DNA of 64,000 nucleotides from an uncultured Pseudomonadota bacterium (GTDB lineage Bacteria; Pseudomonadota; Gammaproteobacteria; Methylococcales; Methylomonadaceae): NCBI GenBank assembly GCA_903928965.1, contig CAIYSZ010000028.1, positions 2,837 to 66,836 of the forward strand, read 5' to 3'. Shown piece by piece: positions 58,668 to 64,000 of this stretch (position 1 is its first letter; each line of letters starts with the position of its first letter). The notes under the pieces were generated by a model. It saw only the letters and a program-made list of their open reading frames with translations, ran no database searches and was not told where the DNA came from. The position numbers and the translations under genes were made by a program.

Positions 58668-60098
58668 ATGTCTAACTTGTACTGTGAAGGCGATGAAAAA
58701 CGTGAGTGCGGCGATAGTCATATTAATCAACAGCCCGAACCGGGGCGCTCTGAATTCCGCAAGGATTATGGGCGGTTGATTCATACGCCATGCTTTCGGC
58801 GTTTGCAAGGTAAAACCCAGCTATACCCCGGTAACGAGTCTGATTTTTTCCGTAATCGGCTTACCCACTCCCTAGAAGTGGCGCAAATCGCGCTTGGAAT
58901 TACCGAGCGGCTGAATGCCGAAGGTTATTTCTCCGGTCAAAACAATATTGATAAGGACTTGGTGCAATTTGCCGGTCTGGCGCATGATTTAGGCCATCCG
59001 CCGTTTGGGCATAACGGAGAAAAAGCTCTGGATGAGTTGATGAAAGAGCATGGAGGGTTTGAGGGAAATGCGCAGACTTTGCGTATTTTGGCGAAAGTCG
59101 AGAAAAAACTGCTGCATACGGGCAACGGGCCTGAATCCGGGTATGGGCTGAATTTGACTTACCGCACTTTAGCGACTATTTTAAAGTATGATCGGGAAAT
59201 ACCGCTTCGTGAAAAAAACGATGGATTGGGCTTGGTTAAGGGGTATTACGCCTCGGAACGAGGTTTGGTTGAGAATATCAAGAAAAACTTGGTTCCCGGC
59301 TATTTGGAGTTGCCGGAAAGCGATGATAAACCCGTTTTTAAAACCATTGAATGCTGCATCATGGATATTGCCGATGATATCGCCTATTCCACCTATGATT
59401 TAGAGGATTCACTGCACGCCAAGTATGTCACGCCGGCGTTCTTAATGGATGAACTGATATACAATTTGGTTATACGTGAGAAAGTGCGTGATAGAACCAA
59501 TAAAGCCTTGAACAAATGCGACCATGCGATGCTGAGAGACGATGATGAGCTGATTGAAATCGCTTTACGGATTTTTGATATCTCTACCTGGGTGGGAAGC
59601 AGCTCCGAGAATGAATTTGAAAGGTTTAGGGATGTGTGCGAGTCCTTTAGAATCAATAAGACCTTTAGTGAGGAGCATTTATTCCGTTCGGCTTTTACGT
59701 CGCAAAGAGTCAGTAATTTAATCAGTAGCATAGAAATTCATCCTTTAAATGAGCGATTTCCGGTTTTATCCGGCGTGCGGATACCGCGCGATGATATGAT
59801 AGAAGTCGAAATATTAAAGCATTTGAATTACGAATTAGTAATTCGATCTCCGAATCTAGTAATGGTGGAACATAGAGGCAAGGAAATTGTCACCGACATT
59901 TTTAAAGCTATTTATAAAAGTAAAGGCGATTTGTTGCCTGATGAATGGAAGCGCGATTTTGAAGAAATTCCCGAACAGCGGGAAGCCGAGCGGCGACGGG
60001 TGGTTTGCGATTTTGTCGCGGCCATGACTGACCGCTACGCCATTGAGTTCCATCAAGCTTTATTCGGCGGCGGCAAAAGCATATACAAGCCGCTTTAG
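58668..60098 (+). CDS. dgt: dGTP triphosphohydrolase (HD family)
   Basis: FRRLQGKTQL, RNRLTHSLEVAQI, AHDLGHPPFGHNGE, FEGNAQTLR, MDIADDIAYS.YDLED, DFVAAMTDRYA; visibly AT-richer than the flanks. Confidence 0.9.
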   Translation: MSNLYCEGDEKRECGDSHINQQPEPGRSEFRKDYGRLIHTPCFRRLQGKTQLYPGNESDFFRNRLTHSLEVAQIALGITERLNAEGYFSGQNNIDKDLVQFAGLAHDLGHPPFGHNGEKALDELMKEHGGFEGNAQTLRILAKVEKKLLHTGNGPESGYGLNLTYRTLATILKYDREIPLREKNDGLGLVKGYYASERGLVENIKKNLVPGYLELPESDDKPVFKTIECCIMDIADDIAYSTYDLEDSLHAKYVTPAFLMDELIYNLVIREKVRDRTNKALNKCDHAMLRDDDELIEIALRIFDISTWVGSSSENEFERFRDVCESFRINKTFSEEHLFRSAFTSQRVSNLISSIEIHPLNERFPVLSGVRIPRDDMIEVEILKHLNYELVIRSPNLVMVEHRGKEIVTDIFKAIYKSKGDLLPDEWKRDFEEIPEQREAERRRVVCDFVAAMTDRYAIEFHQALFGGGKSIYKPL

Positions 60099-60132
60099 AC
60101 TTGTATTCGCGAGGTTTTTGAGACCGTTTTAA

Positions 60133-61140
60133 TTAATCGCGCTCCCATTGGTGAATACTCAAATACCCGCCGCCGGCGGAGCGGTAGATCAGGTTGAGGC
60201 CGGGCGTCGGTTCGGCTAGGGAGTGGGTGAAGGGCAGCAGTTTGACTAACAGGCTGCGGCGGGTTTCCGCGTCGGCGACGCGCCAGGCCAGTACGCCTTG
60301 TCCGGGCCGGGATTGCAACAAATAATCGCCGGTTCCGGCTGCATTGGCCCAGCTTTTGACTTGAGATATTTGGCGATGAATATCGGCGTCTTGCGGGAAA
60401 AAGCGCGCTTCCAGGCCTAGTTTTTTTCCGGATAGGGCTTCGATTTCGCGCAGCCGGGCCAGATCGTCGGCGCAAGTCAGAATATACACCGGCCGGCCGG
60501 CGGGCAGGGTGGCGGCCATGTCGGCGCGGGCTTGTTCCGCGTCCATGCTTAGCCAGCGCGCCAATTGCCTTAGGCGCGCGTCGTCGGCGGCGAACGGCCC
60601 GGCGGTTTGCCGCCATAGCGCTTGTTCCGCCGGGTCTGGAAAGGCCGCCGCGGCCGGCTGGCGCGTCCAGGCGTCGCGGCCGGTCATGAAATCCAGGCGT
60701 TGCGCATTGTCCCACCAGCTTATGAACAAGGCGTCGGCGGGGCTGTGTTCGCGCGCCGCGCGCATGGCGTCATCCCAGTCGTTATGGCGGCGTTGCTTGC
60801 CGTTATCGCTTGCGTCCGGTAAATAGACGATGGCGCGGCGTTGCTCCGGCTCGGCCGCCGGGTATACCGCTATGTCCAGGTTGAAAGCCGGAGTTTCGCC
60901 TTGCCGGATGTGATAGCTTTCCAGCCGCGTTGCCGACCGGAATGCGTTTAACTCAGGGAAGCCGGGGGCGTCCGCCGCCAGTTGCCGGTCTAGGCTGAAG
61001 TTCAAGCGCAACGGGTCGGGGCTTAAGGCCGCCGCCGCCAGCAAGCCTAGGCCGGCCAGCAGCAGCGCCGCGCCTGTCAGGCGCGGCCATGCATCCTTAA
61101 TGGTTAGCCGGTTCCGGTTTTGCGATTCAATTTCCATCAC
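60133..61140 (-). CDS. haoB: Hydroxylamine oxidation protein HaoB
   Basis: Directly downstream of haoA; N-terminal TM helix; ISWWDNAQR.DFMTG. Confidence 0.8.
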   Translation of the reverse strand: MMEIESQNRNRLTIKDAWPRLTGAALLLAGLGLLAAAALSPDPLRLNFSLDRQLAADAPGFPELNAFRSATRLESYHIRQGETPAFNLDIAVYPAAEPEQRRAIVYLPDASDNGKQRRHNDWDDAMRAAREHSPADALFISWWDNAQRLDFMTGRDAWTRQPAAAAFPDPAEQALWRQTAGPFAADDARLRQLARWLSMDAEQARADMAATLPAGRPVYILTCADDLARLREIEALSGKKLGLEARFFPQDADIHRQISQVKSWANAAGTGDYLLQSRPGQGVLAWRVADAETRRSLLVKLLPFTHSLAEPTPGLNLIYRSAGGGYLSIHQWERD

Positions 61141-61173
61141 CAGTATACTAGGGGTCGCTAATGGCTAGCCGGT

Positions 61174-62751
61174 TTAGGGTTTTTTCCGGAACCACAGCAA
61201 GCCGGCGCCTAGGGCGGCCAGCAGTAGACCGGCCGGGAGATAATAGTTTTTATCTTTCTTGGCCTGAGCGGCTTGCTTGGCTTGCGCTTGCTCGCGCAAT
61301 TGAGTGTTTTCGTTCATGATCATGGCGTAATCCTTCATCAGCTCTGACCAGCCTTCGGTATAGGTGAAGCCGCCGGGATTGGCGTGGAAGATGCCTTTAT
61401 ACAGTTTGATGACGTCATGCTCCCACATGTCGGCGTAAATCCGCTCCACGGTGGTCGGATTATTGCCTTTAGCCCAGAATAATTGGAAGAAGCCGCCGGC
61501 GGCGTCTTTTTCCGGTCTAGGCGGGGAGGGGCGATTGGTGTATTGGCCGACCAGCAAGCCGTCCAGATAGAGTTTATCCACCACCAGCTTGGCTTCTTGT
61601 TGCACTTTCAGCCCGGAAATAGTGCCCTTGTCGGCGGCGGTTAAATAAGCCTCCGCGAAACTCGGCGAGTGGCAGTTGGAGCAGGTATCGCGCCAAGCTT
61701 CCTTGCGGTCGCTAAACCAGGGGTGGTTCAGGTTGTCGGCGATGGCCGGCGTGGGGTTGAAGCCCCAGCGTACTTTTTGCACCAGGTTGTGACTGAAGCC
61801 GCCGTTGAATTCAAAGTGGCAGTATTGGCAAGTCGGCGCGGTGTAATGGCCTTTGGTCAAGGCGTCTTGCAAGGGGGCTTCAAAATTCCATTTGGCCTTG
61901 CCCTGGGTTTGGTAAATCGTACCGTGCTTGGACAGCATGAAGTTTTCAAATTCGTTGTGGTCCACGCCGTTGTGGCAGGTGGCGCAGGCTTCCGGTTGCC
62001 GTGCCTCGGCCGCCGAGAAACTATGCCGGGTGTGGCAGCCGTCGCATTTGTTTTCTTGGTAATGGCACATGTCGCAGCCTTGGGCGATTTCCCGCTCCGG
62101 CATGGCCGCCCAGACCGCGGTTTCCACGTTGGCTTTCCAGTCCGAGGCGTGCGACGGATGGCCTTTGGGCCATTGGTTTTGCGGCCAGGTTTGCTGTTTT
62201 TCCGCTTCGGCTTCGGCGAATTGATCTACGTGGCAGGTTCCGCAGGCCGCGCGGTCCGGCATTTGCAGTTTTTTGGCGTGATCGACGCTTTTTACACCCA
62301 CGCCGGCGTGGCAGTCGATGCAGCCGACTTCATGCAGCTCGGCGCCGGGTGGCAGTATATTTTGTTGGCGCAAATTTTCTTCCACCTGTGCCAGTTTTTG
62401 CTTTTTGTAAAAGCGGGCGTCATTTTCGCTCAGGTTGCGCAGGCTGTCCAGGTTGGCATGTACGCTGTTTTTCCAGGCGTGATAAGCGCCGGGGGTTAGG
62501 GTTTGGTGGCAAGACAAGCATTGCTGGTTGCTGAATTCGCCTTGCACGCTGCTGGGCGGCTGGTAGAAGTCCTTGGGGTCCCAGTATTTTTGAATCGGAA
62601 TCGGGGACCAGTGGGCGGAGAATTTGCCTTTGCCGGGGTGTTCTTGGTAGTAGGCGTCTTTTAGGGCGGTGATGTCGGCATTGGCGGCCACGTTTTGCAC
62701 GGCGGCGCTTAGGCTGAGTTGTAAGAATATAAACAGGATGAGTTTCAGCAT
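61174..62751 (-). CDS. haoA: Hydroxylamine oxidoreductase HaoA (octaheme)
   Basis: Eight CxxCH motifs; HTRHSFS..EAR, DHNEFEN, HANPGGFTYTEGW; signal peptide from MLKL (62751) and C-terminal TM helix. Confidence 0.92.
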   Translation of the reverse strand: MLKLILFIFLQLSLSAAVQNVAANADITALKDAYYQEHPGKGKFSAHWSPIPIQKYWDPKDFYQPPSSVQGEFSNQQCLSCHQTLTPGAYHAWKNSVHANLDSLRNLSENDARFYKKQKLAQVEENLRQQNILPPGAELHEVGCIDCHAGVGVKSVDHAKKLQMPDRAACGTCHVDQFAEAEAEKQQTWPQNQWPKGHPSHASDWKANVETAVWAAMPEREIAQGCDMCHYQENKCDGCHTRHSFSAAEARQPEACATCHNGVDHNEFENFMLSKHGTIYQTQGKAKWNFEAPLQDALTKGHYTAPTCQYCHFEFNGGFSHNLVQKVRWGFNPTPAIADNLNHPWFSDRKEAWRDTCSNCHSPSFAEAYLTAADKGTISGLKVQQEAKLVVDKLYLDGLLVGQYTNRPSPPRPEKDAAGGFFQLFWAKGNNPTTVERIYADMWEHDVIKLYKGIFHANPGGFTYTEGWSELMKDYAMIMNENTQLREQAQAKQAAQAKKDKNYYLPAGLLLAALGAGLLWFRKKP

Positions 62752-62988
62752 ATGCGAGGTTGTTTGGTTCTTGGCGCTGGTTTTATAGGTGTTTATTATA
62801 GTGTATTTGGGTTTGGTGCGTTTGTTGGGGGCGGTTTTTTGTATCGACACGAAACTATTTGCGGGTATTATGGTGTTTGGCGGGGGCTTAGTCAATGGGG
62901 TCGCGGGCTTTTGTTTGTGGCGTGGGCTTTGCGGAGGTAGATTTGTGGGTTGGTGGGGTTAACCTTGCGCTTTTTGCGTTGTAAGCGC

Positions 62989-63019
62989 GTAGGATGTGCC
63001 AACCAACGGGCGGCGCATC
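62989..63019 (+). repeat. REP element at the 3' end of the RAYT gene
   Basis: GTAGGATGTGCCAACCAACGGGCGGCGCATC. Confidence 0.85.
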
Positions 63020-63554
63020 ATTCGAGTTCAATGCCATCAATTTCTGGCGGGATTATATCGCCCCAGTTTATTGGATAAATTCCTTCTTTGACATAGCGAT
63101 GATAACTTGAATGCGGCCAATCTTGCACATGTTTTACCCATTGATGTTTTACGGGGTTCCAATGGATATAATCAACATGTTTGTTATAATCCAGTTGATC
63201 GCGGATGCAATGTTCCCAGAACCGGCGCTGCCAGATACCTCTTTCCCGCCTGTATTGACGACTAACTGAAATGGGTTCGCCTTTTTCAATTCTTTTGGAG
63301 AATGCGCCTTTCAGCATATTCCAACGCGTTGAAAAATCGGCGTCGTTTTCAGGTAATGTCCAAATACAATGCAGATGATCGGGTAAAACGACAACCGCGT
63401 CCATTCGAAATGGATGCTTTTTTTGGGTCTCCGCAAAAACTTCCCGTAATATATCTATTTTATCGACCAATAATCGGTTTCCTTTGCGTTCGGCAAGGTT
63501 AACGGTAAAAAACCATGTTGCGCCCGGAATGTAGGGCCTGCGATATTCGGTCAT
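63018..63554 (-). mobile_element. REP-associated tyrosine transposase (RAYT, Y1 HUH)
   Basis: MTEYRRPYIPGATWFFTVNL, HUH motif VLPDHLH, WQRRFWEH, YIHWNPVKH. Confidence 0.92.
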
Positions 63555-63591
63555 AATTGATAGGTTAAATTTATTAATTACTTCCTCGATT

Positions 63592-63886
63592 GATGCGCCG
63601 CCCGTTGTTTGGCACATCCTACCTAAGTTATGGTCAATTATTGGATGTTCGTCAAGAATACCCACGGTTTGGAATCAGTGGATAACCACCATTATGGCTA
63701 TCTCGGCCAGCTTTGATGCGCCGCCCGTTGGTTGGCACATCCTACCTAAGTTATGGTCAATTATTGGATGTTCGTCAACAATACCCACGGTTTGGAATCA
63801 GTGGATAACCACCATTATGGCTATCTCGGCCAGCTTTGATGCGCCGCCCGTTGGTTGGCGCATCCTACCTAAGTTATGCTCAATTA
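63592..63886 (-). repeat. Tandem array of three REPs with 123-bp period upstream of RAYT
   Basis: GATGCGCCGCCCGTTG(T/G)TTGGC(A/G)CATCCTAC at 63592, 63715 and 63838, with near-identical spacers. Confidence 0.92.
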
Positions 63887-64000
63887 CCGGAGGTTTGTAA
63901 CCTTTAGGCTGTCGCATATTTTCGGGTTCGGACGCGGGTTTAGCGTTTTACCTTGGCAGTTTTTAGTTTGAAGCCTGTGTGCTTGGTTTTGAAGCGGGCG

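Noticed and set aside
62752-62895. N-terminal extension of HaoA in the ORF track
   Set aside because: The signal peptide begins at MLKL (62751); the upstream stretch is low-complexity and likely untranslated.
63555-63665. N-terminal extension of RAYT in the ORF track
   Set aside because: It runs through a REP copy; family similarity starts at MTEYRR (63554).
63592-63886. 123-bp repeats as a CRISPR array
   Set aside because: The spacers are near-identical, and the repeated core is the RAYT-associated REP.

Overview
Chromosomal window, most likely from a gammaproteobacterial methanotroph (Methylococcales-like; inferred from haoA-haoB without c554/cM552 genes and from the gene neighbourhood). 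Housekeeping content: hslO (partial), ycbK, rpiA, ogt, bamA-skp-fabZ-lpxA-rnhB-dnaE (lpxD and lpxB absent from the cluster), hlyC/corA, ychF and tRNA-Met. Accessory content: a decayed Septu-like ATPase/HNH pair, a REP-bounded ccdAB/hicAB-remnant cassette, a TA graveyard at the tRNA-Met 3' end, a dGTPase preceded by a small repeat ORF, and a RAYT transposase with its REPs. The main discovery is a ~28 kb block (23.6-52.1 kb) that looks like one sulfur-starvation regulon. Four minus-strand sigma-54 promoters each carry a shared TGYTGATT-N3-TGTTGATATWTCAGCA enhancer ending 98-100 bp upstream of the -24 box. They precede a sensor-less SfnR-like activator (autoregulated), an oscA/YezD gene, two secreted proteins whose mature chains contain no Cys or Met, and an uncharacterised DUF2341-ExbB/ExbD/TonB/porin/TpsB operon next to a 3532-aa TpsA. 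A cysE / family 2A encapsulin / cysteine desulfurase operon sits inside the block. Directly downstream of the sulfur-free genes is a ~500-nt non-coding element with 26 GGA motifs, 90-bp tandem repeats and an intrinsic terminator, resembling a CsrB/RsmZ-type CsrA sponge. Family names come from motif recognition, not database searches.
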